Notes: generated by a model from the sequence alone, not told the origin. A DNA stretch of 62,847 nucleotides, filler included, from Stramenopiles sp. TOSAG23-6 (GCA_900128565.1; 38 parts of 38 records of this genome joined end to end with filler, not necessarily neighbours in it), one strand, 5' to 3'; shown: positions 1-15,017, numbered from the whole stretch's first letter. A program made the numbers and translations.

Positions 1-334
1 ATTCTCTATCGAAGAAATCTTTTTTGTCACACATTCAAAAATAATAATTTGAGAATTTCGAAATTTTGAGAACCATTTGATTTCAATTTTATTTTTGAAA
101 TTTAGTTAAGTATGAAAATTTGGTACAAATATTGTGAAATGTGTCATTTTCGAAATTTTTTTCTTCGTGTTTCCCGTTACGGAAATCGGAGTTTTTTTTT
201 CGTTTTTTTAGATATATAATCATTTAGTCTTGTTCACATAAATTTATTACCGAAAAACTCTCAATAACTACGTGTATTGTGAAGTGCAATCCTGGACCGT
301 TAGGCTTGGTGCTCACAAAATCGGAATCGGAGAT

Positions 335-1225
335 ATGGAAACGGGGTTTTCGCCAGTAAGGAAAAAAGAAGACTCTCTTCATGAAAAAAAAGATACTGTC
401 ACGGTAGATAATATATTAAAAAAAATCTTTTGCAGGTGCACAAAGACAAAAATTGCTGTTATTGTTTTTGTTCTGGTTCTCATTACTCTCGCAATATTAA
501 TACCACTTGTATTTCTGAAAAAAAACAAAAAAAAAACAGGGGTGTGTAAGTTCTGTCCCAAGATAAGCTATCCGAGGGTGGTTATGGTGTTGTTTATTTA
601 GCTGAGAATGAAAATAAAAAACAATTCGCATTAAAATACAACAAAAACCAACACAAAGATGGTGATTCTGAACACGAATTAAAAGTATTGAAAAAGATTG
701 GAAAACAATGTTCAGACTATGTCGTAGGTATGACTGATCATTTCTTTGATGCTGGTGGTCATGATGTTATCGTATTGGAATTTTTTACTGAAGGTGATAT
801 TCCAAAATATGTTAAAACACATGGAATAAAAGCCAGGAGAAATGTCATCCAACGCGTAGTTCCAGATATTGCAAATGGATTGGCATGTTTACTTCAAATT
901 GGTGTACATCATGGTGATGTAAAACCTGAAAATATTTTAGTGAAGGACAACAATTTTTTTTTATCAGATTTTGGACTTGCTAAAATAGCTAAAATAGTCA
1001 ATCCAAGAACAGAGTACAAATACAAAAAAGATATTTTTCGCGACAACAAAAAACTTGCGGATATATTTAATTATGGCTATGAAGAATTTGGTACCCCCGA
1101 TGATCTTATTCCTTGGCAGTTATGTATGTTTTATGTTTTTTCAAATTCGATTTTTTTTTCATACGAAATTTTGTACCTAACAAATTCTGATTTTTTTTTT
1201 TGAAATATTTTTCCAAAATACATGA
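335..1225 (+). pseudogene. Membrane-anchored protein kinase, frameshifted/truncated (pseudogene or assembly error)
   Basis: TM segment IAVIVFVLVLITLAILIPLVF lies in one frame. Kinase motifs (SEGGYGVVY, FALK, HGDVKPENIL, DFG) lie in another frame that opens after TAA at ~547. Removing intron 1124-1223 creates a TGA before the C-lobe is complete. Confidence 0.55.
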
Positions 1226-1563
1226 AGGTGGAATAGGAATTACAACTAATAAGTTTATTGTGGTCGTTTGTAAACCAATAGTAAAAACATTGCAAAATTA
1301 TCAAAGTATGATGGAATAATAGTTGATTTGGATAAAATTCGTAAAAGTTTATCCCATAAACAACTTCAAAAATTGGGATATGTGGCCATATCTTGCGATA
1401 TGTTACAGTGAAAAAAGACTGGAATAAAAAACCTTCGATATTTCTAAACAACCGGCGACGATCGAGCTCTAGATTTTGTCTATATTTCGTGTTACCGAAT
1501 TTTTTTTTGAATTTTCCTGTTTTTTTGAGCTTTTTTTGAATGTTTTTTTTTTCTAAAATTTTG

Positions 1564-1663
1564 NNNNNNNNNNNNNNNNNNNNNNNNNNNNNNNNNNNNN
1601 NNNNNNNTTAATTAATTAANNNNNNNNNNNNNNNNNNNNNNNNNNNNNNNNNNNNNNNNNNNN
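1564..1663. other. Artificial contig linker N44-TTAATTAATTAA-N44 (first of ~37; recurs every ~1.65 kb)
   Basis: Identical 100-nt spacer with stops in all six frames. Spacing shrinks from 1662 to ~1647, so the contigs are sorted by length and neighbours are unrelated. Confidence 0.97.
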
Positions 1664-2224
1664 TTTTTTTTGGAAAATTTGTTAGGTACAAAATTTACTA
1701 TGAAAAAAACAAAAAAAATAAACAATTGTACAAAAAAAAACCTACAATTGTTCGAAAATCATCATTACTTTGATTGACTGTTTTTAATGATTTTGTTGCA
1801 TGAACACATAATATTGATAATAACAAAAAAACATTTTGCTCTATATAATGACTTTCAATATCTTGTATATAATTATAAACATATTTCGTAGGAAATTTCG
1901 TACCTAATGAATTTTCAAAAAGTTCCGTGTTTTGTTGTCTAAATGATAAATTTGAAGAAAATAATGTCACACATGGACTGTGAAACAATATTCATTATAT
2001 ACTAAAATAGTCTTGTTACAATCAATATATTTTACGAAAAAAAAAAAAATTAAAAAAAAATTTAAAAAAAAAAAAAATTAAAAAAAAAAAAAATTTAAAA
2101 AAAAAAAAAAAAAGTAAAAAATTTTAAAAAATTTTTGGTATATTTTTTTTTTTTTTTTTTTTCCGTAAAAAAAAAAAAAAAAATTCAAAAATTTACGTTA
2201 GGTACAAAATTTCGTATGAAAACC

Positions 2225-2255
<31 letters not shown>

Positions 2256-3886
2256 ATTTTTTTTTTCCGAAAAAAAAAAAAAAAAAAATTAAAAAATTTT
2301 CGTTAGGTAAAAAATTTCGTATAAAAACCAAAAAAAAAAAAAAAAAAAAAAACATACACTTTTACCCAATTAATTGTAGCTTCATGATCAGTTAAAACAG
2401 GTTTGTCCATTATTTTAGAATTATCACTCAATACAAAACGTTCAGGTAAAGGTGTATGAGTGGCTGCACAGGGATTAAATATATTGTAAAACAATATAAT
2501 ATATATGTTATATTTGTTAGGCACAAAATTTCCTACAAAAAAAAAAAAAAAAATTCTTAGGTACAAAATTTCGTACGAAAAAAAATTTAAAAAAAAAAAT
2601 TTAAAAAAATTAAAAATCAAAAATTCATGATGAAATCAAAAAATCAAAAATATTTGATGTAACGCACAAACAGCATCACTTAAATGAATATTTTCACTAT
2701 AACTCGAATTAGGTAATGATTTTTGGTATGAACGTAAAAGTGGTGATTCGCGTACAACATGAATGCCACGTGGCGAATCTTTGTATATTTGTGAAAAAGG
2801 AACTGTTGAATGATCCATTGTAGTATTGTACTGACTAGGGTTAGGGTTAGGGTTAGGGCTGGTACATTTTTTTTCTGTATTTTTTTTATGGTTACAAAAA
2901 TCACTTTCATTTGTTTTCATAGTTGTATCATCATTTGTTTCATGATGTGGTTGTGTACGATTAGGGTTAGGGTTTCCCACTCGATGTTCTAAACGTTCTG
3001 AAATACACGAAATAATGTCACCAACAAACACATGACCACGAAATCTCAATTCTTCTCCTCGTCGGATTGAGCGTTGAAAAGACCGAGCATCTCTGATCCG
3101 TCCACTTACTATATTGTGTACATATATAGTACAATTATCATAATTTAATTTATTTTTTCTTATATTTTAGAAAAAAAAATTTAAAAAAAAATTTAAAAAA
3201 AAATTTAAAAAAAAATTTAAAAAAANNNNNNNNNNNNNNNNNNNNNNNNNNNNNNNNNNNNNNNNNNNNTTAATTAATTAANNNNNNNNNNNNNNNNNNN
3301 NNNNNNNNNNNNNNNNNNNNNNNNNTTTTTTTTGGAAAATTTGTTAGGTACAAAATTTACTATGAAAAAAACAAAAAAAATAAACAATTGTACAAAAAAA
3401 AACCTACAATTGTTCGAAAATCATCATTACTTTGATTGACTGTTTTTAATGATTTTGTTGCATGAACACATAATATTGATAATAACAAAAAAACATTTTG
3501 CTCTATATAATGACTTTCAATATCTTGTATATAATTATAAACATATTTCGTAGGAAATTTCGTACCTAATGAATTTTCAAAAAGTTCCGTGTTTTGTTGT
3601 CTAAATGATAAATTTGAAGAAAATAATGTCACACATGGACTGTGAAACAATATTCATTATATACTAAAATAGTCTTGTTACAATCAATATATTTTACGAA
3701 AAAAAAAAAAATTAAAAAAAAATTTAAAAAAAAAAAAAATTAAAAAAAAAAAAAATTTAAAAAAAAAAAAAAAAAGTAAAAAATTTTAAAAAATTTTTGG
3801 TATATTTTTTTTTTTTTTTTTTTTCCGTAAAAAAAAAAAAAAAAATTCAAAAATTTACGTTAGGTACAAAATTTCGTATGAAAACC

Positions 3887-3917
<31 letters not shown>

Positions 3918-5548
3918 ATTTTTTTTTTCCGAAAAAAAAAAAAAAAAAAATTAAAAAATTTTCGTTAGGTAAAAAATTTCGTATAAAAACCAAAAAAAAA
4001 AAAAAAAAAAAAAACATACACTTTTACCCAATTAATTGTAGCTTCATGATCAGTTAAAACAGGTTTGTCCATTATTTTAGAATTATCACTCAATACAAAA
4101 CGTTCAGGTAAAGGTGTATGAGTGGCTGCACAGGGATTAAATATATTGTAAAACAATATAATATATATGTTATATTTGTTAGGCACAAAATTTCCTACAA
4201 AAAAAAAAAAAAAAATTCTTAGGTACAAAATTTCGTACGAAAAAAAATTTAAAAAAAAAAATTTAAAAAAATTAAAAATCAAAAATTCATGATGAAATCA
4301 AAAAATCAAAAATATTTGATGTAACGCACAAACAGCATCACTTAAATGAATATTTTCACTATAACTCGAATTAGGTAATGATTTTTGGTATGAACGTAAA
4401 AGTGGTGATTCGCGTACAACATGAATGCCACGTGGCGAATCTTTGTATATTTGTGAAAAAGGAACTGTTGAATGATCCATTGTAGTATTGTACTGACTAG
4501 GGTTAGGGTTAGGGTTAGGGCTGGTACATTTTTTTTCTGTATTTTTTTTATGGTTACAAAAATCACTTTCATTTGTTTTCATAGTTGTATCATCATTTGT
4601 TTCATGATGTGGTTGTGTACGATTAGGGTTAGGGTTTCCCACTCGATGTTCTAAACGTTCTGAAATACACGAAATAATGTCACCAACAAACACATGACCA
4701 CGAAATCTCAATTCTTCTCCTCGTCGGATTGAGCGTTGAAAAGACCGAGCATCTCTGATCCGTCCACTTACTATATTGTGTACATATATAGTACAATTAT
4801 CATAATTTAATTTATTTTTTCTTATATTTTAGAAAAAAAAATTTAAAAAAAAATTTAAAAAAAAATTTAAAAAAAAATTTAAAAAAANNNNNNNNNNNNN
4901 NNNNNNNNNNNNNNNNNNNNNNNNNNNNNNNTTAATTAATTAANNNNNNNNNNNNNNNNNNNNNNNNNNNNNNNNNNNNNNNNNNNNTTTTTTTTGGAAA
5001 ATTTGTTAGGTACAAAATTTACTATGAAAAAAACAAAAAAAATAAACAATTGTACAAAAAAAAACCTACAATTGTTCGAAAATCATCATTACTTTGATTG
5101 ACTGTTTTTAATGATTTTGTTGCATGAACACATAATATTGATAATAACAAAAAAACATTTTGCTCTATATAATGACTTTCAATATCTTGTATATAATTAT
5201 AAACATATTTCGTAGGAAATTTCGTACCTAATGAATTTTCAAAAAGTTCCGTGTTTTGTTGTCTAAATGATAAATTTGAAGAAAATAATGTCACACATGG
5301 ACTGTGAAACAATATTCATTATATACTAAAATAGTCTTGTTACAATCAATATATTTTACGAAAAAAAAAAAAATTAAAAAAAAATTTAAAAAAAAAAAAA
5401 ATTAAAAAAAAAAAAAATTTAAAAAAAAAAAAAAAAAGTAAAAAATTTTAAAAAATTTTTGGTATATTTTTTTTTTTTTTTTTTTTCCGTAAAAAAAAAA
5501 AAAAAAATTCAAAAATTTACGTTAGGTACAAAATTTCGTATGAAAACC

Positions 5549-5579
<31 letters not shown>

Positions 5580-7210
5580 ATTTTTTTTTTCCGAAAAAAA
5601 AAAAAAAAAAAATTAAAAAATTTTCGTTAGGTAAAAAATTTCGTATAAAAACCAAAAAAAAAAAAAAAAAAAAAAACATACACTTTTACCCAATTAATTG
5701 TAGCTTCATGATCAGTTAAAACAGGTTTGTCCATTATTTTAGAATTATCACTCAATACAAAACGTTCAGGTAAAGGTGTATGAGTGGCTGCACAGGGATT
5801 AAATATATTGTAAAACAATATAATATATATGTTATATTTGTTAGGCACAAAATTTCCTACAAAAAAAAAAAAAAAAATTCTTAGGTACAAAATTTCGTAC
5901 GAAAAAAAATTTAAAAAAAAAAATTTAAAAAAATTAAAAATCAAAAATTCATGATGAAATCAAAAAATCAAAAATATTTGATGTAACGCACAAACAGCAT
6001 CACTTAAATGAATATTTTCACTATAACTCGAATTAGGTAATGATTTTTGGTATGAACGTAAAAGTGGTGATTCGCGTACAACATGAATGCCACGTGGCGA
6101 ATCTTTGTATATTTGTGAAAAAGGAACTGTTGAATGATCCATTGTAGTATTGTACTGACTAGGGTTAGGGTTAGGGTTAGGGCTGGTACATTTTTTTTCT
6201 GTATTTTTTTTATGGTTACAAAAATCACTTTCATTTGTTTTCATAGTTGTATCATCATTTGTTTCATGATGTGGTTGTGTACGATTAGGGTTAGGGTTTC
6301 CCACTCGATGTTCTAAACGTTCTGAAATACACGAAATAATGTCACCAACAAACACATGACCACGAAATCTCAATTCTTCTCCTCGTCGGATTGAGCGTTG
6401 AAAAGACCGAGCATCTCTGATCCGTCCACTTACTATATTGTGTACATATATAGTACAATTATCATAATTTAATTTATTTTTTCTTATATTTTAGAAAAAA
6501 AAATTTAAAAAAAAATTTAAAAAAAAATTTAAAAAAAAATTTAAAAAAANNNNNNNNNNNNNNNNNNNNNNNNNNNNNNNNNNNNNNNNNNNNTTAATTA
6601 ATTAANNNNNNNNNNNNNNNNNNNNNNNNNNNNNNNNNNNNNNNNNNNNTTTTTTTTGGAAAATTTGTTAGGTACAAAATTTACTATGAAAAAAACAAAA
6701 AAAATAAACAATTGTACAAAAAAAAACCTACAATTGTTCGAAAATCATCATTACTTTGATTGACTGTTTTTAATGATTTTGTTGCATGAACACATAATAT
6801 TGATAATAACAAAAAAACATTTTGCTCTATATAATGACTTTCAATATCTTGTATATAATTATAAACATATTTCGTAGGAAATTTCGTACCTAATGAATTT
6901 TCAAAAAGTTCCGTGTTTTGTTGTCTAAATGATAAATTTGAAGAAAATAATGTCACACATGGACTGTGAAACAATATTCATTATATACTAAAATAGTCTT
7001 GTTACAATCAATATATTTTACGAAAAAAAAAAAAATTAAAAAAAAATTTAAAAAAAAAAAAAATTAAAAAAAAAAAAAATTTAAAAAAAAAAAAAAAAAG
7101 TAAAAAATTTTAAAAAATTTTTGGTATATTTTTTTTTTTTTTTTTTTTCCGTAAAAAAAAAAAAAAAAATTCAAAAATTTACGTTAGGTACAAAATTTCG
7201 TATGAAAACC

Positions 7211-7241
<31 letters not shown>

Positions 7242-8872
7242 ATTTTTTTTTTCCGAAAAAAAAAAAAAAAAAAATTAAAAAATTTTCGTTAGGTAAAAAA
7301 TTTCGTATAAAAACCAAAAAAAAAAAAAAAAAAAAAAACATACACTTTTACCCAATTAATTGTAGCTTCATGATCAGTTAAAACAGGTTTGTCCATTATT
7401 TTAGAATTATCACTCAATACAAAACGTTCAGGTAAAGGTGTATGAGTGGCTGCACAGGGATTAAATATATTGTAAAACAATATAATATATATGTTATATT
7501 TGTTAGGCACAAAATTTCCTACAAAAAAAAAAAAAAAAATTCTTAGGTACAAAATTTCGTACGAAAAAAAATTTAAAAAAAAAAATTTAAAAAAATTAAA
7601 AATCAAAAATTCATGATGAAATCAAAAAATCAAAAATATTTGATGTAACGCACAAACAGCATCACTTAAATGAATATTTTCACTATAACTCGAATTAGGT
7701 AATGATTTTTGGTATGAACGTAAAAGTGGTGATTCGCGTACAACATGAATGCCACGTGGCGAATCTTTGTATATTTGTGAAAAAGGAACTGTTGAATGAT
7801 CCATTGTAGTATTGTACTGACTAGGGTTAGGGTTAGGGTTAGGGCTGGTACATTTTTTTTCTGTATTTTTTTTATGGTTACAAAAATCACTTTCATTTGT
7901 TTTCATAGTTGTATCATCATTTGTTTCATGATGTGGTTGTGTACGATTAGGGTTAGGGTTTCCCACTCGATGTTCTAAACGTTCTGAAATACACGAAATA
8001 ATGTCACCAACAAACACATGACCACGAAATCTCAATTCTTCTCCTCGTCGGATTGAGCGTTGAAAAGACCGAGCATCTCTGATCCGTCCACTTACTATAT
8101 TGTGTACATATATAGTACAATTATCATAATTTAATTTATTTTTTCTTATATTTTAGAAAAAAAAATTTAAAAAAAAATTTAAAAAAAAATTTAAAAAAAA
8201 ATTTAAAAAAANNNNNNNNNNNNNNNNNNNNNNNNNNNNNNNNNNNNNNNNNNNNTTAATTAATTAANNNNNNNNNNNNNNNNNNNNNNNNNNNNNNNNN
8301 NNNNNNNNNNNTTTTTTTTGGAAAATTTGTTAGGTACAAAATTTACTATGAAAAAAACAAAAAAAATAAACAATTGTACAAAAAAAAACCTACAATTGTT
8401 CGAAAATCATCATTACTTTGATTGACTGTTTTTAATGATTTTGTTGCATGAACACATAATATTGATAATAACAAAAAAACATTTTGCTCTATATAATGAC
8501 TTTCAATATCTTGTATATAATTATAAACATATTTCGTAGGAAATTTCGTACCTAATGAATTTTCAAAAAGTTCCGTGTTTTGTTGTCTAAATGATAAATT
8601 TGAAGAAAATAATGTCACACATGGACTGTGAAACAATATTCATTATATACTAAAATAGTCTTGTTACAATCAATATATTTTACGAAAAAAAAAAAAATTA
8701 AAAAAAAATTTAAAAAAAAAAAAAATTAAAAAAAAAAAAAATTTAAAAAAAAAAAAAAAAAGTAAAAAATTTTAAAAAATTTTTGGTATATTTTTTTTTT
8801 TTTTTTTTTTCCGTAAAAAAAAAAAAAAAAATTCAAAAATTTACGTTAGGTACAAAATTTCGTATGAAAACC

Positions 8873-8903
<31 letters not shown>

Positions 8904-10534
8904 ATTTTTTTTTTCCGAAAAAAAAAAAAAAAAAAATTAAAAAATTTTCGTTAGGTAAAAAATTTCGTATAAAAACCAAAAAAAAAAAAAAAAAAAAAAA
9001 CATACACTTTTACCCAATTAATTGTAGCTTCATGATCAGTTAAAACAGGTTTGTCCATTATTTTAGAATTATCACTCAATACAAAACGTTCAGGTAAAGG
9101 TGTATGAGTGGCTGCACAGGGATTAAATATATTGTAAAACAATATAATATATATGTTATATTTGTTAGGCACAAAATTTCCTACAAAAAAAAAAAAAAAA
9201 ATTCTTAGGTACAAAATTTCGTACGAAAAAAAATTTAAAAAAAAAAATTTAAAAAAATTAAAAATCAAAAATTCATGATGAAATCAAAAAATCAAAAATA
9301 TTTGATGTAACGCACAAACAGCATCACTTAAATGAATATTTTCACTATAACTCGAATTAGGTAATGATTTTTGGTATGAACGTAAAAGTGGTGATTCGCG
9401 TACAACATGAATGCCACGTGGCGAATCTTTGTATATTTGTGAAAAAGGAACTGTTGAATGATCCATTGTAGTATTGTACTGACTAGGGTTAGGGTTAGGG
9501 TTAGGGCTGGTACATTTTTTTTCTGTATTTTTTTTATGGTTACAAAAATCACTTTCATTTGTTTTCATAGTTGTATCATCATTTGTTTCATGATGTGGTT
9601 GTGTACGATTAGGGTTAGGGTTTCCCACTCGATGTTCTAAACGTTCTGAAATACACGAAATAATGTCACCAACAAACACATGACCACGAAATCTCAATTC
9701 TTCTCCTCGTCGGATTGAGCGTTGAAAAGACCGAGCATCTCTGATCCGTCCACTTACTATATTGTGTACATATATAGTACAATTATCATAATTTAATTTA
9801 TTTTTTCTTATATTTTAGAAAAAAAAATTTAAAAAAAAATTTAAAAAAAAATTTAAAAAAAAATTTAAAAAAANNNNNNNNNNNNNNNNNNNNNNNNNNN
9901 NNNNNNNNNNNNNNNNNTTAATTAATTAANNNNNNNNNNNNNNNNNNNNNNNNNNNNNNNNNNNNNNNNNNNNTTTTTTTTGGAAAATTTGTTAGGTACA
10001 AAATTTACTATGAAAAAAACAAAAAAAATAAACAATTGTACAAAAAAAAACCTACAATTGTTCGAAAATCATCATTACTTTGATTGACTGTTTTTAATGA
10101 TTTTGTTGCATGAACACATAATATTGATAATAACAAAAAAACATTTTGCTCTATATAATGACTTTCAATATCTTGTATATAATTATAAACATATTTCGTA
10201 GGAAATTTCGTACCTAATGAATTTTCAAAAAGTTCCGTGTTTTGTTGTCTAAATGATAAATTTGAAGAAAATAATGTCACACATGGACTGTGAAACAATA
10301 TTCATTATATACTAAAATAGTCTTGTTACAATCAATATATTTTACGAAAAAAAAAAAAATTAAAAAAAAATTTAAAAAAAAAAAAAATTAAAAAAAAAAA
10401 AAATTTAAAAAAAAAAAAAAAAAGTAAAAAATTTTAAAAAATTTTTGGTATATTTTTTTTTTTTTTTTTTTTCCGTAAAAAAAAAAAAAAAAATTCAAAA
10501 ATTTACGTTAGGTACAAAATTTCGTATGAAAACC

Positions 10535-10565
<31 letters not shown>

Positions 10566-12196
10566 ATTTTTTTTTTCCGAAAAAAAAAAAAAAAAAAATT
10601 AAAAAATTTTCGTTAGGTAAAAAATTTCGTATAAAAACCAAAAAAAAAAAAAAAAAAAAAAACATACACTTTTACCCAATTAATTGTAGCTTCATGATCA
10701 GTTAAAACAGGTTTGTCCATTATTTTAGAATTATCACTCAATACAAAACGTTCAGGTAAAGGTGTATGAGTGGCTGCACAGGGATTAAATATATTGTAAA
10801 ACAATATAATATATATGTTATATTTGTTAGGCACAAAATTTCCTACAAAAAAAAAAAAAAAAATTCTTAGGTACAAAATTTCGTACGAAAAAAAATTTAA
10901 AAAAAAAAATTTAAAAAAATTAAAAATCAAAAATTCATGATGAAATCAAAAAATCAAAAATATTTGATGTAACGCACAAACAGCATCACTTAAATGAATA
11001 TTTTCACTATAACTCGAATTAGGTAATGATTTTTGGTATGAACGTAAAAGTGGTGATTCGCGTACAACATGAATGCCACGTGGCGAATCTTTGTATATTT
11101 GTGAAAAAGGAACTGTTGAATGATCCATTGTAGTATTGTACTGACTAGGGTTAGGGTTAGGGTTAGGGCTGGTACATTTTTTTTCTGTATTTTTTTTATG
11201 GTTACAAAAATCACTTTCATTTGTTTTCATAGTTGTATCATCATTTGTTTCATGATGTGGTTGTGTACGATTAGGGTTAGGGTTTCCCACTCGATGTTCT
11301 AAACGTTCTGAAATACACGAAATAATGTCACCAACAAACACATGACCACGAAATCTCAATTCTTCTCCTCGTCGGATTGAGCGTTGAAAAGACCGAGCAT
11401 CTCTGATCCGTCCACTTACTATATTGTGTACATATATAGTACAATTATCATAATTTAATTTATTTTTTCTTATATTTTAGAAAAAAAAATTTAAAAAAAA
11501 ATTTAAAAAAAAATTTAAAAAAAAATTTAAAAAAANNNNNNNNNNNNNNNNNNNNNNNNNNNNNNNNNNNNNNNNNNNNTTAATTAATTAANNNNNNNNN
11601 NNNNNNNNNNNNNNNNNNNNNNNNNNNNNNNNNNNTTTTTTTTGGAAAATTTGTTAGGTACAAAATTTACTATGAAAAAAACAAAAAAAATAAACAATTG
11701 TACAAAAAAAAACCTACAATTGTTCGAAAATCATCATTACTTTGATTGACTGTTTTTAATGATTTTGTTGCATGAACACATAATATTGATAATAACAAAA
11801 AAACATTTTGCTCTATATAATGACTTTCAATATCTTGTATATAATTATAAACATATTTCGTAGGAAATTTCGTACCTAATGAATTTTCAAAAAGTTCCGT
11901 GTTTTGTTGTCTAAATGATAAATTTGAAGAAAATAATGTCACACATGGACTGTGAAACAATATTCATTATATACTAAAATAGTCTTGTTACAATCAATAT
12001 ATTTTACGAAAAAAAAAAAAATTAAAAAAAAATTTAAAAAAAAAAAAAATTAAAAAAAAAAAAAATTTAAAAAAAAAAAAAAAAAGTAAAAAATTTTAAA
12101 AAATTTTTGGTATATTTTTTTTTTTTTTTTTTTTCCGTAAAAAAAAAAAAAAAAATTCAAAAATTTACGTTAGGTACAAAATTTCGTATGAAAACC

Positions 12197-12227
<31 letters not shown>

Positions 12228-13858
12228 ATTTTTTTTTTCCGAAAAAAAAAAAAAAAAAAATTAAAAAATTTTCGTTAGGTAAAAAATTTCGTATAAAAAC
12301 CAAAAAAAAAAAAAAAAAAAAAAACATACACTTTTACCCAATTAATTGTAGCTTCATGATCAGTTAAAACAGGTTTGTCCATTATTTTAGAATTATCACT
12401 CAATACAAAACGTTCAGGTAAAGGTGTATGAGTGGCTGCACAGGGATTAAATATATTGTAAAACAATATAATATATATGTTATATTTGTTAGGCACAAAA
12501 TTTCCTACAAAAAAAAAAAAAAAAATTCTTAGGTACAAAATTTCGTACGAAAAAAAATTTAAAAAAAAAAATTTAAAAAAATTAAAAATCAAAAATTCAT
12601 GATGAAATCAAAAAATCAAAAATATTTGATGTAACGCACAAACAGCATCACTTAAATGAATATTTTCACTATAACTCGAATTAGGTAATGATTTTTGGTA
12701 TGAACGTAAAAGTGGTGATTCGCGTACAACATGAATGCCACGTGGCGAATCTTTGTATATTTGTGAAAAAGGAACTGTTGAATGATCCATTGTAGTATTG
12801 TACTGACTAGGGTTAGGGTTAGGGTTAGGGCTGGTACATTTTTTTTCTGTATTTTTTTTATGGTTACAAAAATCACTTTCATTTGTTTTCATAGTTGTAT
12901 CATCATTTGTTTCATGATGTGGTTGTGTACGATTAGGGTTAGGGTTTCCCACTCGATGTTCTAAACGTTCTGAAATACACGAAATAATGTCACCAACAAA
13001 CACATGACCACGAAATCTCAATTCTTCTCCTCGTCGGATTGAGCGTTGAAAAGACCGAGCATCTCTGATCCGTCCACTTACTATATTGTGTACATATATA
13101 GTACAATTATCATAATTTAATTTATTTTTTCTTATATTTTAGAAAAAAAAATTTAAAAAAAAATTTAAAAAAAAATTTAAAAAAAAATTTAAAAAAANNN
13201 NNNNNNNNNNNNNNNNNNNNNNNNNNNNNNNNNNNNNNNNNTTAATTAATTAANNNNNNNNNNNNNNNNNNNNNNNNNNNNNNNNNNNNNNNNNNNNTTT
13301 TTTTTGGAAAATTTGTTAGGTACAAAATTTACTATGAAAAAAACAAAAAAAATAAACAATTGTACAAAAAAAAACCTACAATTGTTCGAAAATCATCATT
13401 ACTTTGATTGACTGTTTTTAATGATTTTGTTGCATGAACACATAATATTGATAATAACAAAAAAACATTTTGCTCTATATAATGACTTTCAATATCTTGT
13501 ATATAATTATAAACATATTTCGTAGGAAATTTCGTACCTAATGAATTTTCAAAAAGTTCCGTGTTTTGTTGTCTAAATGATAAATTTGAAGAAAATAATG
13601 TCACACATGGACTGTGAAACAATATTCATTATATACTAAAATAGTCTTGTTACAATCAATATATTTTACGAAAAAAAAAAAAATTAAAAAAAAATTTAAA
13701 AAAAAAAAAAATTAAAAAAAAAAAAAATTTAAAAAAAAAAAAAAAAAGTAAAAAATTTTAAAAAATTTTTGGTATATTTTTTTTTTTTTTTTTTTTCCGT
13801 AAAAAAAAAAAAAAAAATTCAAAAATTTACGTTAGGTACAAAATTTCGTATGAAAACC

Positions 13859-13889
<31 letters not shown>

Positions 13890-14859
13890 ATTTTTTTTTT
13901 CCGAAAAAAAAAAAAAAAAAAATTAAAAAATTTTCGTTAGGTAAAAAATTTCGTATAAAAACCAAAAAAAAAAAAAAAAAAAAAAACATACACTTTTACC
14001 CAATTAATTGTAGCTTCATGATCAGTTAAAACAGGTTTGTCCATTATTTTAGAATTATCACTCAATACAAAACGTTCAGGTAAAGGTGTATGAGTGGCTG
14101 CACAGGGATTAAATATATTGTAAAACAATATAATATATATGTTATATTTGTTAGGCACAAAATTTCCTACAAAAAAAAAAAAAAAAATTCTTAGGTACAA
14201 AATTTCGTACGAAAAAAAATTTAAAAAAAAAAATTTAAAAAAATTAAAAATCAAAAATTCATGATGAAATCAAAAAATCAAAAATATTTGATGTAACGCA
14301 CAAACAGCATCACTTAAATGAATATTTTCACTATAACTCGAATTAGGTAATGATTTTTGGTATGAACGTAAAAGTGGTGATTCGCGTACAACATGAATGC
14401 CACGTGGCGAATCTTTGTATATTTGTGAAAAAGGAACTGTTGAATGATCCATTGTAGTATTGTACTGACTAGGGTTAGGGTTAGGGTTAGGGCTGGTACA
14501 TTTTTTTTCTGTATTTTTTTTATGGTTACAAAAATCACTTTCATTTGTTTTCATAGTTGTATCATCATTTGTTTCATGATGTGGTTGTGTACGATTAGGG
14601 TTAGGGTTTCCCACTCGATGTTCTAAACGTTCTGAAATACACGAAATAATGTCACCAACAAACACATGACCACGAAATCTCAATTCTTCTCCTCGTCGGA
14701 TTGAGCGTTGAAAAGACCGAGCATCTCTGATCCGTCCACTTACTATATTGTGTACATATATAGTACAATTATCATAATTTAATTTATTTTTTCTTATATT
14801 TTAGAAAAAAAAATTTAAAAAAAAATTTAAAAAAAAATTTAAAAAAAAATTTAAAAAAA
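1664..14859. repeat. Same 1562-bp contig present 8 times (period 1662, linkers included); dataset duplication
   Basis: Copies start at 1664, 3326, 4988, 6650, 8312, 9974, 11636 and 13298. They appear identical even in homopolymer lengths, and each is separated by the artificial linker. Confidence 0.95.
1746..3121 (-). CDS. Multi-exon fragment of an unidentified protein (in each of the 8 copies); exons approx. 3121-2654, 2500-2358 and ~1990-1746
   Basis: Open frames are bounded by family intron motifs on the minus strand (donors GTATGT at 2357 and GTAGGT at 1745). The join into the last exon is unresolved. Confidence 0.45.
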
Positions 14860-15017
14860 NNNNNNNNNNNNNNNNNNNNNNNNNNNNNNNNNNNNNNNNN
14901 NNNTTAATTAATTAANNNNNNNNNNNNNNNNNNNNNNNNNNNNNNNNNNNNNNNNNNNNTTTCATACGAAATTTCGTACCTAACGATTTTTTTTTGAAAT
15001 ATTTTTTCACAATACGT

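Noticed and set aside
1223-1290. Stop-codon reassignment suggested by TGA/TAA after the kinase intron
   Set aside because: TGA and TAA terminate conserved genes at the expected positions (DRG, EF-G, CDPK), and long conserved exons contain no internal stops.
1608-1619. TTAATTAATTAA as a regularly spaced biological repeat or CRISPR-like array
   Set aside because: It always sits at the centre of N44 blocks and encodes six-frame stops, so it is a concatenation spacer.
2135-2395. Poly-Lys/Phe ORFs here and similar short ORFs ([21 protein letters not shown]) across the window
   Set aside because: They are translations of intron homopolymers and the core motif.
1664-14859. 1662-bp tandem array (satellite or gene amplification)
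   Set aside because: Each unit includes the artificial linker and the copies look identical even in long homopolymers. This is a duplicated record, not evidence of a genomic array.
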